In this document: positions 9,614 through 21,046 of the stretch, piece by piece | How the letters are laid out: the number at the start of each line of letters is the position of its first letter | How positions within the stretch are numbered: position 1 is the stretch's first letter | Notes under the pieces: generated by a model | Database searches by the model: none | What the model was told of the DNA's origin: nothing | What the model saw: only the letters and a program-made list of their open reading frames with translations | Made by a program: the position numbers and the translations under genes | DNA from: Leptonemataceae bacterium | Lineage (GTDB): Bacteria > Spirochaetota > Leptospiria > Leptospirales > Leptonemataceae | DNA length: 64,000 nt | Reading direction: 5' to 3' | Assembly: GCA_965227295.1 (NCBI GenBank) | Contig: OZ245742.1 | Coordinates: 1,024,001 to 1,088,000, forward strand

Positions 9614-9688
9614 GCGATGAGTCATTCTGCCTGAATTCCAGCGACGCAAACATCGCCGGTCAATCAAAATTCCAGGCACCCGGACTTT

Positions 9689-10576
9689 ATGAAATTCCAA
9701 TCCATCCTCGAACGCACGAAAGACCAATTCATGTCCCAGGGCAACGACTGGCCGGAGCTCGTCGGCCTGCTCCTCTACTCGCTCATCCTGATCGTTTTCA
9801 TCCTCGTCGTGCGCTTTCTCGTGCTGCGCGTCGTTCTCCGGCGCACGAGCGACCGCCTGGAGCGTCAACGCTGGCGGCTTACGAGCATGTACATCAGCTT
9901 CTTCCTGACGTTGCTGCTGCTCACGCCGGTGTGGCTGTCTTCGCTGAGCGGTGTCCTGGCCATCCTCGGCCTCTTCGGCGCCGGTGTGTTGATTGTTACC
10001 AAAGAACCGATCCTGAACATCGTCGCCTGGTTTTACATCATGACCCGCCGGCCGTTTACGATGGGCCATCGCGTTGCGGTCGGCGATCTCATCGGCGACG
10101 TGATTGAAATTCGGTTGCTCGACTTTACCATGATCGAGGTCCTGCCCCGGGAGCGCGGCGGCCAGAGTACCGGGCGCATTATGCACGTACCCAACGGGCT
10201 GGTGTTCACCACGGCCACGGCGAATTCCAGCAAAGAGTTTTCGTTCAACTGGAACGAGGTTCTCGTGCCTTTAACACCGGAAAGCGACTGGAAAAAGGCG
10301 GAGCAGATTCTTTTGACCATCGCCAACAAAACCATCGAAGCGATCAGCCGCGAGGACCAACGCATCCGCCACGCCGAGGAGGTACACGCCATCCAGTACA
10401 CCATGCTCACGCCGTCGGTCTACATCGAATTCCGGGCCGGCGCCGTAGTTTTATTTTTGCGGCACTTAACGGAGCCCCGCCGCGTCCGAGACATGACGGA
10501 CCGCATCTGGCGCGCGATCCTGACGCAGTTCGCCGAGGAGCCGAACATTACCTTGAATACGGAGGCGTCGGAGTGA
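9689..10576 (+). CDS. Small-conductance mechanosensitive channel (MscS family)
   Basis: TM helices, RRPFTMGHRVAVGDLIGDVIEI, STGRIMHVPN. Confidence 0.88.
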   Translation: MKFQSILERTKDQFMSQGNDWPELVGLLLYSLILIVFILVVRFLVLRVVLRRTSDRLERQRWRLTSMYISFFLTLLLLTPVWLSSLSGVLAILGLFGAGVLIVTKEPILNIVAWFYIMTRRPFTMGHRVAVGDLIGDVIEIRLLDFTMIEVLPRERGGQSTGRIMHVPNGLVFTTATANSSKEFSFNWNEVLVPLTPESDWKKAEQILLTIANKTIEAISREDQRIRHAEEVHAIQYTMLTPSVYIEFRAGAVVLFLRHLTEPRRVRDMTDRIWRAILTQFAEEPNITLNTEASE

Positions 10577-10579
10577 AAG

Positions 10580-10814
10580 GTTCGCCAACGACCCGAATCG
10601 TGACGTAGGTGGCGGTCAGCGTAGATTAAGACTTTTATGGGCACGGCTGGTTCCAGCAGATGAACGGAGGTTGTGCCGGGGAATGTGGTAAGGCGCACCG
10701 GAACGGCGTCTTCTTCGTAAGGGACGTTTTCGAAGCTGAGTCGCAATGCGACGTCCGGGTCGAGGCGGACAGTCTTAACAAAACGAAATTCCACAACTCC
10801 GAAGAGCCGTAGCC
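10580..10814. repeat. Dispersed non-coding repeat, copy B
   Basis: Reverse complement of 10773-10813 matches 49300-49340 at 38/41; reverse complement of 10671-10705 matches 49401-49435 at 33/35. Confidence 0.9.
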
Positions 10815-11969
10815 TGTACTAGCCAACACCCGATCTGACACTCCTGCCTGTCAGATATGATCAGGTCGATACCTGATGCTGTTTATGCAGCATCTTTTCA
10901 CGCGCCACGGCGATGGATTCAGCGAACGTTTGCGCCGGCGTCTTGCCGAAGCAGTACTTGCCGCTGTGCGTCCGTTCCTGGTTATACTCGAGCATCCATT
11001 CATCCAGATCGGCTTGCAGCTCCTCGATGCTTGAGTAAAGTTTCTTGCGAAACGCGACGGCGTAGAATTCTTCCTGAATCGTCTTGTGAAAGCGTTCGCA
11101 GACGCCGTTCGTTTGCGGATGCCGCGCTTTGGTTTTGGTGTGATCGATGTCCTCCATCGCGAGGTACAACTCGTACTCGTGATTCTCCGGCTTGCCGCAG
11201 TACTCCGTGCCGCGATCGGTGAGCACGCGCAGCAGCGGGATGTTGTAGTCCGCGTAGAACGGCAACACACGATCGTTCAGCAAGTCGGCCGCCGTCAGTG
11301 CGTTCTTGCGATCGTAAAGTTTTGCAAAGCCGACCTTAGCGTACGTGTCGATGAAGGTCTGCTGGTAGATCCGCCCCACGCCCTTGATATTGCCCACGTA
11401 ATACGTGTCCTGCGAGCCCAGATAGCCGGGGTGGTGCGATTCGACCTCGCCGTGCGCTTCTTTGTCCTGGCGGCCTTTCTCAAGCGCCGCGACCTGCGCC
11501 TCGGTGAGGATGATCCCCTCCTGAGCCACGCGGGCTTCCAGAGCCTTCAGACGCTTCTTGAACGTCTCCATGTCGTGCCGCAACCAGACCTGACGCACGC
11601 CGCCCGGTGAGATCGAAACGCCGCGCTTGCGCAGCTCATTCGACACGCGCAATTGACCGTGCGCCGGCTTCTCGAACGTGAACTCGATCACCGCGTCTTC
11701 CACATCCGCCGGAATCCGGTTCTTCTTGTTCGGCTTGCGCCGCGTGAGATCCTTGAGAGCTTCTTCCCCGCCGGTCTCATACAACCGCTGGTAGCGGTAG
11801 AACGTATCGCGTGATACGCCCATCACCCGGCAAGCCTCTGCAACGTTATTCAGAGTGCGGGCCAGCCTCAAGATACCCACCCGGTGCTTTACGATTTTTT
11901 GTTCTGCTGTCATCTCTTTCCTCCGATACAAATTATATCGGAGTGTCAGATGGAATCTTGACTATTTCA
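10815..11969 (-). mobile_element. IS481-family insertion sequence, complete
   Basis: Imperfect terminal IRs tgtactagccaacacccgatctgacactcc (from 10815) vs tgaaatagtcaagattccatctgacactcc (minus strand from 11969), 23/30; 7-bp direct repeat CGTAGCC at 10808-10814 and 11970-11976. Confidence 0.93.
10861..11931 (-). CDS. IS481-family DDE transposase
   Basis: N-terminal HTH (ACRVMGVSRDTFYRY), GYLGSQDTYYVG, LTDRGTEYCG, PQTNGVCERFH; start may be the second Met (MTAEQK). Confidence 0.95.
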   Translation of the reverse strand: MYRRKEMTAEQKIVKHRVGILRLARTLNNVAEACRVMGVSRDTFYRYQRLYETGGEEALKDLTRRKPNKKNRIPADVEDAVIEFTFEKPAHGQLRVSNELRKRGVSISPGGVRQVWLRHDMETFKKRLKALEARVAQEGIILTEAQVAALEKGRQDKEAHGEVESHHPGYLGSQDTYYVGNIKGVGRIYQQTFIDTYAKVGFAKLYDRKNALTAADLLNDRVLPFYADYNIPLLRVLTDRGTEYCGKPENHEYELYLAMEDIDHTKTKARHPQTNGVCERFHKTIQEEFYAVAFRKKLYSSIEELQADLDEWMLEYNQERTHSGKYCFGKTPAQTFAESIAVAREKMLHKQHQVST

Positions 11970-12067
11970 CGTAGCCAGAACATCCCCTCTTCCATTCCGC
12001 AGCATACATTGTGATTCTCACAGCAGACTTCGCGAACTACGGCTCTTGAATACCGGAAACGCGCGAT

Positions 12068-13294
12068 TTATTCGCCGGATGCGGCTTCGCTGGTCCTTAC
12101 TTTGATTTCACTGTGCAACGTGCGATGCACCGGACACTTGTCGGCGATCTCCATCAACTTCGCGCGCTGCGCGTCGTCCAGGTCGCCGATCAATTCCACC
12201 TCGCGGTCGATGACGTCGATCTTGCCCTGTTTCGTTTCGCAGTTCTCGCAATCTTCGGCGTGCACCTTCGCGTGATCCAGATGCACGCGAATATTTTTCA
12301 CCGGCCACTTCTTGCGATCCGCGTACATTTTGATCGTCATCGAAGTACACGTTCCCAGCGCGGCGAGCAATAGATCGTACGGGTTCGGCCCCTGGTCCTG
12401 GCCGCCGACGCTCGTGGGTTCGTCGGCAATGAGACGATGCCGGCCGAGGCGCACGTCGCTGGTATACGGAACTTCGCCGGTACTGACACCAACCTGATGA
12501 CCCGTGCGAAAATCCGGCGCGTCCTCGTCGATGCCGTCCAGGTATCGTTGAGACCAGGCACCGATCATCTGCCCGGCGAACAGCGAATCCTGCTTCTTGC
12601 CCATGAGATGATCCGCCCCGTCCAGGCCGATGAAAGACTTCGGGTGTTTCGCGGCGACAAAGATCTTCGTGGCGTTGTTGATGCCCACAACGTTGTCGAT
12701 GGGCGAGTGCAGTACGAGCAGGGCCTTCTTTAACTTATGCACACATTCTTCTAAGGTTTGCTCGCGGATGTCTTCCAGCAACTGCTTCTTGATCTTAAAC
12801 GGTCGGCCCTCGATCTTCACCTCGGCCACGCCCCGCTCTTCGATGTCTTCCAGCGAATTCTGAAAGTGCTTCTCGATGTGTTCCGGCGACGCCGGCGCGC
12901 CGATGGTCACCACCGCCCGGGCGGACGGTACGTGTTCCGCGGCGCGCAGGACCGCGGCCCCGCCCAGGCTGTGGCCGATGAGAATCTGCGGCGGTGCGTA
13001 GTTCTTTGCCAGGTACTCGGCCGCCTCGACCAGGTCGGCGACGTTCGAGGAGAAGTTCGTATCGGCAAATTCGCCCTCGCTTTCACCGAGGCCGGTAAAA
13101 TCAAAACTCAGCACGCCGATGCGGTACTCGCCCAGGCCCTGGGAGATGTTGCGGATGGCGGTCAGATTCTTGTTACACGTAAAACAATGCGCGAAGAGCG
13201 CGTAGGCCACGGGATCGCCGGTTTCCGGCAGCTCCAGGCGCGCGGACAATTTTTGACCGGAGGAGTTTTCGAACGTAAGTTTTTCGATCTTCAT
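12068..13294 (-). CDS. Bifunctional alpha/beta hydrolase - OsmC family protein
   Basis: ALFAHCFTC, GHSLG nucleophile, C-terminal OsmC domain (GPNPYDLLLAALGTC, KCPVHRTL). Confidence 0.92.
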   Translation of the reverse strand: MKIEKLTFENSSGQKLSARLELPETGDPVAYALFAHCFTCNKNLTAIRNISQGLGEYRIGVLSFDFTGLGESEGEFADTNFSSNVADLVEAAEYLAKNYAPPQILIGHSLGGAAVLRAAEHVPSARAVVTIGAPASPEHIEKHFQNSLEDIEERGVAEVKIEGRPFKIKKQLLEDIREQTLEECVHKLKKALLVLHSPIDNVVGINNATKIFVAAKHPKSFIGLDGADHLMGKKQDSLFAGQMIGAWSQRYLDGIDEDAPDFRTGHQVGVSTGEVPYTSDVRLGRHRLIADEPTSVGGQDQGPNPYDLLLAALGTCTSMTIKMYADRKKWPVKNIRVHLDHAKVHAEDCENCETKQGKIDVIDREVELIGDLDDAQRAKLMEIADKCPVHRTLHSEIKVRTSEAASGE

Positions 13295-13316
13295 AATTGG
13301 CTATATTATACATTGC

Positions 13317-13961
13317 ATGAACGAAAACAAGCGCAGGAAACGCATTCTTCTCATACCCGGCCTCGGCGGCTCCGGACCGGAGCACTGGCAGAGCCACTGG
13401 CATGCCGAAGCAGATCGCGCCCGCGAAATCCTGAGCGTCGGCGCGAAGAACCTCGTCTTCGATCGTGTGGAGCAGGATGATTGGGATCGACCGGATCGCG
13501 AACAATGGCTGCAACGCCTCGACGAGGCGGTGAAAGAGGGGCGAGAAGCCGGCGACGAACTCATCCTGGTCCCGCACAGTCTCGCCGTCTCACTGACGGT
13601 CTTCTGGGCCCGGGAACTCGCCGATCGAGATTCCGAACTCGCTGCGGATAAGGCGGCCCCGCCCCGGGGCTTTCACGGTGTTGTCGGCGCACTCTTCGTC
13701 TCGCCGAGTGATACGGAGGCCCCGGATTTCCCGCCGGAAGCCCGAAGCTTCGCGCCGATGCCCCTGGACTTCGCGCCGCCGTTTCCCATCATCGTCGCCG
13801 CGAGCGAGGACGATCCGTTCGTGAAATTCGAACGCGCGGAGTACTTCGCCGGGCAATGGAAAGCGCACTTGCGCAACGTCGGCAGCCTGGGACACATCAA
13901 CGCCGAATCCAGGCTGGTGCTATGGGAACCCGGCCTGCGTCTGCTCGCAGAATTGTTGTAG
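13317..13961 (+). CDS. RBBP9/YdeN family alpha/beta hydrolase
   Basis: PGLGGSGPEHWQSHW, HSL nucleophile, ASEDDPFV, GHINAES. Confidence 0.88.
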   Translation: MNENKRRKRILLIPGLGGSGPEHWQSHWHAEADRAREILSVGAKNLVFDRVEQDDWDRPDREQWLQRLDEAVKEGREAGDELILVPHSLAVSLTVFWARELADRDSELAADKAAPPRGFHGVVGALFVSPSDTEAPDFPPEARSFAPMPLDFAPPFPIIVAASEDDPFVKFERAEYFAGQWKAHLRNVGSLGHINAESRLVLWEPGLRLLAELL

Positions 13962-14000
13962 TAAAGTTCTTTAAGCATACGTCAAATTAACTTCTACGCT

Positions 14001-15194
14001 ATGAGTATTTCACAAATCAAAGGAGCGCGTGTCCCGGTAAAAATGTGGACCGACGTAAACGAGGTCGAGTCCCAGGCGCTGCAACAACTGCGTAACGTCG
14101 CGTCGTTACCGTGGGTATACAAACACGTCGCCGCCATGCCGGACGTTCACTTCGGCAAGGGCGCCACGGTGGGTTCGGTCATCGCCATGAAAGAAGCGGT
14201 GTGCCCGGCCGCGGTGGGTGTGGACATCGGCTGCGGTATGGCCGCGGTACGTACAAACTTGACGGCGAACGATTTGCCGGAAAGCCTTCGGGAAATTCGC
14301 ACGGAAGTGGAAGCATCGATCCCGGTGGGCTTCAACTCCCACAAGAGCGCGGTGGTCAACTCACTGTTCCGCCACGGCGAGAACTACAAGTTCGCGAAGA
14401 AGTTGTACGACGACTTTGGTGACTTAAGTTCTCGCGTGCACAACTTAAAAGAGAAGTCTCTGCGCCAGGCCGGTACCCTGGGCGGCGGCAACCACTTCAT
14501 TGAGCTGTGCCTGGACGGAGAACAGAACGTGTGGATGATGCTGCACTCGGGCAGCCGGAACATCGGCAAAGAGCTGGCGGAATTTCACATCGCCCGTGCG
14601 AAGAAACTCGCGCACAACGGCGATGTGCCGGACCGCGATCTCGCCGTGTTCCTGGCCGGAACGCCGGAGATGGACGAGTACCGGCGAGACCTGTACTGGG
14701 CGCAGAACTACGCGTACCTGAACCGTCTGACGATGCTTGAACTGTATCTGCGCGCGCTGCGCAAATTCTTCCCGAACATCGAAGAACGCGAGCGGGTCAT
14801 CTGTCACCACAACTACGTGGCGGAGGAAAACCACTACGGCGAGCACGTCTATGTTACGCGTAAGGGCGCGATCCGCGCGGGCCTGGGCGACATGGGCATC
14901 ATCCCGGGCAGCATGGGCACGCGTTCGTACATCGTGCGCGGTCTGGGCAACGCCGAGTCGTTCGAAAGCGCGTCTCACGGCGCCGGTCGCCGCATGTCGC
15001 GCAGCAAGGCGAAAAAACAGTTCAGCCGCGAAGACCTGGTGCGCATGACCGCGGGTGTCGAGTGTCGCAAGGACAACGGGGTGATCGACGAAATCCCCGG
15101 TGCCTATAAGGATATCGACAAGGTCATGGAAAATCAGCGTGATCTGGTGGAGATCGTTTACGAACTCAAACAGGTCATGTGCGTGAAGGGGTGA
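14001..15194 (+). CDS. rtcB: RtcB family RNA ligase
   Basis: MPDVHFGKGATVG, VGVDIGCG, GTLGGGNHF, LHSGSR, HHNY, SASHGAGR, DEIPGAYK, C-terminal VKG. Confidence 0.95.
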   Translation: MSISQIKGARVPVKMWTDVNEVESQALQQLRNVASLPWVYKHVAAMPDVHFGKGATVGSVIAMKEAVCPAAVGVDIGCGMAAVRTNLTANDLPESLREIRTEVEASIPVGFNSHKSAVVNSLFRHGENYKFAKKLYDDFGDLSSRVHNLKEKSLRQAGTLGGGNHFIELCLDGEQNVWMMLHSGSRNIGKELAEFHIARAKKLAHNGDVPDRDLAVFLAGTPEMDEYRRDLYWAQNYAYLNRLTMLELYLRALRKFFPNIEERERVICHHNYVAEENHYGEHVYVTRKGAIRAGLGDMGIIPGSMGTRSYIVRGLGNAESFESASHGAGRRMSRSKAKKQFSREDLVRMTAGVECRKDNGVIDEIPGAYKDIDKVMENQRDLVEIVYELKQVMCVKG

Positions 15195-15209
15195 GCCGGG
15201 TAACCGGCT
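15194..15209. terminator. Short GNRA-capped hairpin between convergent genes
   Basis: agccgg-gtaa-ccggct at the rtcB stop; no clear U-tract. Confidence 0.4.
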
Positions 15210-15217
15210 TGCCCCGC

Positions 15218-16570
15218 CTATCGTGCTAACCTCAATCGGTACGCTTCTAAGCGCTCACGGCTTTCCGCGAGCATTTTCTCGTTCAGCCGCCCCGCGCGCT
15301 TCGCCCGCAGCAACGCCGCGAGCACCGGAAATACGTTCTCCCCGTCGTACGACACGAGCAGCAAATCCACGCCGGCGTTCAGTGATTCCACCGCCGCGCC
15401 GCCGATGCCGCCCGGGCCGTGGAACGTGGGGCGCATGTTCAGATCGTCCGTGATGACCGGGCCGGTGTGGCCGACATCCTCGCGCAATAGCCGCACCACC
15501 GCGGCCGAGAGCGAAGCCGGTCGTTGCGCATCCACGGAGTTTAAGTGTAAATGGGCTAACATTACGAACGCGCGCGCACTGCGCGCCGTTTCTGTGAACG
15601 GCAGCCAGTCCGTAGCGTGCAGTGCTTCCGGCGTCACGCGGAGGTGTGCGTCAAAGAAGTGCGTGTCCACCGGGACCCGGCCCAGCCCCGGAAAGTGTTT
15701 GAGCGTTGCGTATACGCCCCGGCGTTCGAACTCCGCCGCGTAAGCTGACACGGCATTCGCAACGATGCGTGCATTGGAATGCAGAGCTCGCCGTTCGATG
15801 CGACTGAACATATCGAACACGGACGGCGCGCGATCCACCGGTCGCAGATCGGCCACCGGCGCCAGGTTCACGTTCACACCCACGGATTGGAGCGCCGCCG
15901 CCTGGACCGCGGCGTAGTCTCGCGTGGCGGAATCAATCTCACCGGTCGCGGCTGCTTCCATGACATCGGCGAGCAACGGTTGCTGTTCCAGCGGCGGCGA
16001 AAGGCGCGAGACGTGTCCGCCCTCCTGATCCGTGGCGATCCACAGCAACGGCAGATCATTTCGTATGCGTAGTTGCTGGAGCTGCGCGATCTCAGCGGCG
16101 AACGTTTCGCGGCTCTTCGTGCGGGCGTTGCGGGCGGTCACAAACAAACCGCCGACGAATCCGTGCCGTGCGAGTTCCATAGCGAATTTTTTCTCGCGAT
16201 AGCCGGCCACCAGGTGCACGCCCAGGCCACGAATCTCTTCCGCAGAGGCCGCATACACCAACGCGCGGTCGTTGCGAAAACTCAGCTCCGCGTGCAATCC
16301 GAAGCCAACGGCCGTTGCAGCGAGGGTGACAATCAGCACGCGCTCCGGGATCGAGAACAAGAACTGCGGCCGGCCCAAACGAAACGACCGACGGCCTGCG
16401 GCGAAAGCGATGAGAACCAGCGCGCTCAGCAGCAACACGCCGAGGGGAATTAGAGGATCCGAAAACGCCGTGCGGATCTTTGCGATCAGCGGATCCCGAA
16501 ACAACAGGCCGCAAAACAACAGGCCCGTCGCAAAGCCGGCCGTGACGGTGAATCGCAGGAGTGCTAACAT
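15218..16570 (-). CDS. Membrane-anchored glycoside hydrolase family 3 (beta-N-acetylhexosaminidase-like)
   Basis: IATDQEGGHVSRL, NLAPVADL, KHFPGLG..DTH, VITDDLNM; three N-terminal hydrophobic segments. Confidence 0.88.
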   Translation of the reverse strand: MLALLRFTVTAGFATGLLFCGLLFRDPLIAKIRTAFSDPLIPLGVLLLSALVLIAFAAGRRSFRLGRPQFLFSIPERVLIVTLAATAVGFGLHAELSFRNDRALVYAASAEEIRGLGVHLVAGYREKKFAMELARHGFVGGLFVTARNARTKSRETFAAEIAQLQQLRIRNDLPLLWIATDQEGGHVSRLSPPLEQQPLLADVMEAAATGEIDSATRDYAAVQAAALQSVGVNVNLAPVADLRPVDRAPSVFDMFSRIERRALHSNARIVANAVSAYAAEFERRGVYATLKHFPGLGRVPVDTHFFDAHLRVTPEALHATDWLPFTETARSARAFVMLAHLHLNSVDAQRPASLSAAVVRLLREDVGHTGPVITDDLNMRPTFHGPGGIGGAAVESLNAGVDLLLVSYDGENVFPVLAALLRAKRAGRLNEKMLAESRERLEAYRLRLAR

Positions 16571-16584
16571 TTATCCGGGAGCAC

Positions 16585-17319
16585 TTAGCGGTCTTTCGGC
16601 GGATAATACACCAGGGCGGCACCGGTGACGGCGAAGGCCGGCGCCAGCAAAATGCCAAGGATCGGAACGAAGAGCGCCAGAAAAAATGCGCCGCCGAGAC
16701 CGAAGATTTCCATGCGATGTTGTTTCGCGAGCTGTTTGCGTTCCCGGACCGAGGCGGACTCCTTTTCGAACAAAAGATCGAAGGATCCCCGCCCCAGGAA
16801 GTACGACTGCGCCGCGGCGTTCACCAGCGCGCTGAAGGGGCCCACCAGATAACTCACGAGCAGTATGACGATGCCCGCCGCGCTGTGCTTGAATCCCGTC
16901 CCGGCTCCGATGAGGGCGTTACGAAAATCCTGGGCCAGGGTCGTCGTACGGCGCTCGCCGGTGTGGATCTGTTCCACCTGCTCCAGGAGCGGCCCGAGAA
17001 ACGGAATGATCACGAGGGAAAGCACCGGCCGAAAGAGCACTAACGTCAACACGATTGCGGTTACCAACTGAAGAAAGTAGCCGGACCAGTCCAGGATCAC
17101 GACGAGCGTTTCGTTGGAGATGAACTCCGCGAGATAGTGTTCCCAGAGATAATGCCCGAGATATTCGGCGCCATAGAGCGAAGCCGTGAAGATCAGAGCG
17201 CCGGCAAGCAGGCTGACGAGTCCCGGCAGGATGACGTACTTCCACAGGCTGTGCCGGTAAATAAAGGCCATGCCCCGAAAGAAAGCAAAGAAACCGTCTT
17301 TCCATTTCACCGGATTCAT
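16585..17319 (-). CDS. EI24/CysZ-like membrane protein
   Basis: LWKYVILP, PFLGPLLEQVE, LFVPILGILLAP pattern. Confidence 0.75.
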   Translation of the reverse strand: MNPVKWKDGFFAFFRGMAFIYRHSLWKYVILPGLVSLLAGALIFTASLYGAEYLGHYLWEHYLAEFISNETLVVILDWSGYFLQLVTAIVLTLVLFRPVLSLVIIPFLGPLLEQVEQIHTGERRTTTLAQDFRNALIGAGTGFKHSAAGIVILLVSYLVGPFSALVNAAAQSYFLGRGSFDLLFEKESASVRERKQLAKQHRMEIFGLGGAFFLALFVPILGILLAPAFAVTGAALVYYPPKDR

Positions 17320-18665
17320 AGATCGTACAGTCCCCGGCGCGCCGCTTTGCGGAGGATGCGGCTGCCTTCAGCGTTGTCGAAGTACGGAATGTGTTCGCCG
17401 GTGTTGCGCCATATCTCGAATCGCCCGGCGTAGTAGTTGCGCGCGTTGCGGAACTCGTCCTTTTTCACGTCGCTCACATACACGTTCCAGACTACCAACA
17501 CCGGCACAATGCCGAGGAATACCGGGCGCAAATCGTTTTGCCGGCGCAACCACAGGAGATACAACACCGCGCACAAGAATGCCGGCACGATGAGATACCG
17601 CGACACGTACACCACGCCGTCCTCGGGCAGCCGGGACAGCGAAGCCGCCGCAAGCGAGAGCAGCAACCATAATATCATCCCGGCAAAACTTAGTTCTTCC
17701 GGTTCCTTCTCGCTCCTTTGTCGACGCAATGCCGGCCGCCCGAACACGCCCCACAGCACCCAGGCCGAGGCGGCACAGAGGACGGTACCGACGATCAACT
17801 GCGGATACAACCAACCCGTGGAGCCGTAACGACTCACGTCCCAGCCGCCGAGAAAATCGAAAACCGAGCCCAGGGGGTAGCCGACGTGAAATAAAAAGAA
17901 CACGATCTTTAAACCGAAGTTCTCGAACGGACTGTCCTGGGCCACTACCCGCGGATTGTAATAATCAACGAAGTACAGGGCAAAGACCGCTGCGAATACC
18001 AGGAGCCACACGATCAGCGCTCGCCACCGCCCCGTCACCAGCAAGATCAAAGCCCCCGGCAGTACCAGAAACAAACCGTTGCCGAACACGAGCACTGCTC
18101 CGAGGGCCGCGGCCAGGGCCGCCGCAAAGTACGCCGCACCCGGCCGCGCAATCCACAACAGCGCGAGAAAGGCCGGCAAAAACACCGGCGTACTGGTCAT
18201 GGCCCCGGCCGTGTTCAACACCAGGGCGTAGTGGTGGAATTGAAAGACGAGCAGAAAGACCGGCGCCAGCACGGCGTAGCGCAGCAACGGATGTTTTACA
18301 TGATGGGGCCGTCCGGCGAAACACAACACGAGCGCGCTCCCGAACAACGTCGCCGCTCCCAGAAGGTTCATGGCGTAGAGATCGATCGTGCCCGCCCAGG
18401 CGAACAGCAGCGTCACCACGCGCAGAAAAACGAAACGATGCTCGAAGTACTGAGCCCACAGCAACGCAACGCGTTCGCCGAAAGTGCCGGCGTCCTGGAA
18501 TTCGATCGCGAACTTCAGAATCGCGGCGAAGTCGTCGTCGATGGGAAAGTCCGGCGTCAGCTTAGCAGTGTTTGCGTAGAAGTTAGCAACGGACCACAGG
18601 GCGGCGATGATCGCGAAACTCGCGGCGGCCGCCCTGGCCGGCATAAGACCGGGACCGTCCTTCAT
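17316..18665 (-). CDS. Polytopic membrane protein, possible GT-C glycosyltransferase
   Basis: ~11 hydrophobic segments; acidic PIDDDF motif after TM1 followed by EHR; SRY near C-terminus. Confidence 0.55.
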   Translation of the reverse strand: MKDGPGLMPARAAAASFAIIAALWSVANFYANTAKLTPDFPIDDDFAAILKFAIEFQDAGTFGERVALLWAQYFEHRFVFLRVVTLLFAWAGTIDLYAMNLLGAATLFGSALVLCFAGRPHHVKHPLLRYAVLAPVFLLVFQFHHYALVLNTAGAMTSTPVFLPAFLALLWIARPGAAYFAAALAAALGAVLVFGNGLFLVLPGALILLVTGRWRALIVWLLVFAAVFALYFVDYYNPRVVAQDSPFENFGLKIVFFLFHVGYPLGSVFDFLGGWDVSRYGSTGWLYPQLIVGTVLCAASAWVLWGVFGRPALRRQRSEKEPEELSFAGMILWLLLSLAAASLSRLPEDGVVYVSRYLIVPAFLCAVLYLLWLRRQNDLRPVFLGIVPVLVVWNVYVSDVKKDEFRNARNYYAGRFEIWRNTGEHIPYFDNAEGSRILRKAARRGLYDL

Positions 18666-18667
18666 GC

Positions 18668-20407
<1,740 letters not shown>

Positions 20408-20416
20408 CAATCCCGC

Positions 20417-21040
20417 ATGAATCTCGAAACATTCCAACAGGAAATCCGCGCCGAGGCCGAGCGCCTGCGCCGGGAATTTCAGATCGCCGAAGAAAACGAC
20501 GGCCGTGATTTCAACGCTCGCGAGGACGGCCGGGACCGAAGCCTGCTCGCCCCGCTGCGCCTGGATGAACTGCACTTCACACCGGCGCCTGTAACGGATG
20601 CGCGCGGAACCTATCGCTATCGCGACCTCGCCGCCTTCGATGATCGCGAGTTCATTCGGGTTGCCTATCGCGCGCTCTTGCGGCACAGCCCCGATCCCCG
20701 TGGCGAAGAAAGTTATCTGCAACGATTGCGCAACGGTACACACAAGGCCGAAATCCTGGCGCGCCTGCGCTGGTCTCACGAAGGGCGGACGCAGAAGGTT
20801 CACGTCCGCGGAATGATCGGACCGCTGGCGCTCGCCGCCCTGGCCTACGTTCCGCTACTGGGTGCTTTGGTGCAGTGGTGCGTCGCAATCGTAACGCTGC
20901 CGTCCGCCCTGTACGTTTTAAGGTTTCGCCAGGAGAAGTTACGCGCGCACCTGAATCGAAGTCTGGAACGCCTGGAGCGCAAAACGAACGAACAGAGCGC
21001 ACGCATCAACACTCTCCTGAGCGAAAACACCACCGACTGA
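20417..21040 (+). CDS. DUF4214-like domain protein with C-terminal TM/coiled coil
   Basis: DDREFIRVAYRALLRHSPDPRG..YL..L..G..KAEIL..L..S.EG motif. Confidence 0.75.
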   Translation: MNLETFQQEIRAEAERLRREFQIAEENDGRDFNAREDGRDRSLLAPLRLDELHFTPAPVTDARGTYRYRDLAAFDDREFIRVAYRALLRHSPDPRGEESYLQRLRNGTHKAEILARLRWSHEGRTQKVHVRGMIGPLALAALAYVPLLGALVQWCVAIVTLPSALYVLRFRQEKLRAHLNRSLERLERKTNEQSARINTLLSENTTD

Positions 21041-21046
21041 TTCCCC

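Noticed and set aside
9614-10186. Long N-terminal extension of LemA in the ORF track
   Set aside because: Overlaps mscS on the opposite strand; the lipoprotein signal begins after ATG 9613.
10420-10794. 124-aa ORF across repeat copy B
   Set aside because: The frame is broken by a ~7-nt indel in copy C and overlaps mscS; treated as non-coding.
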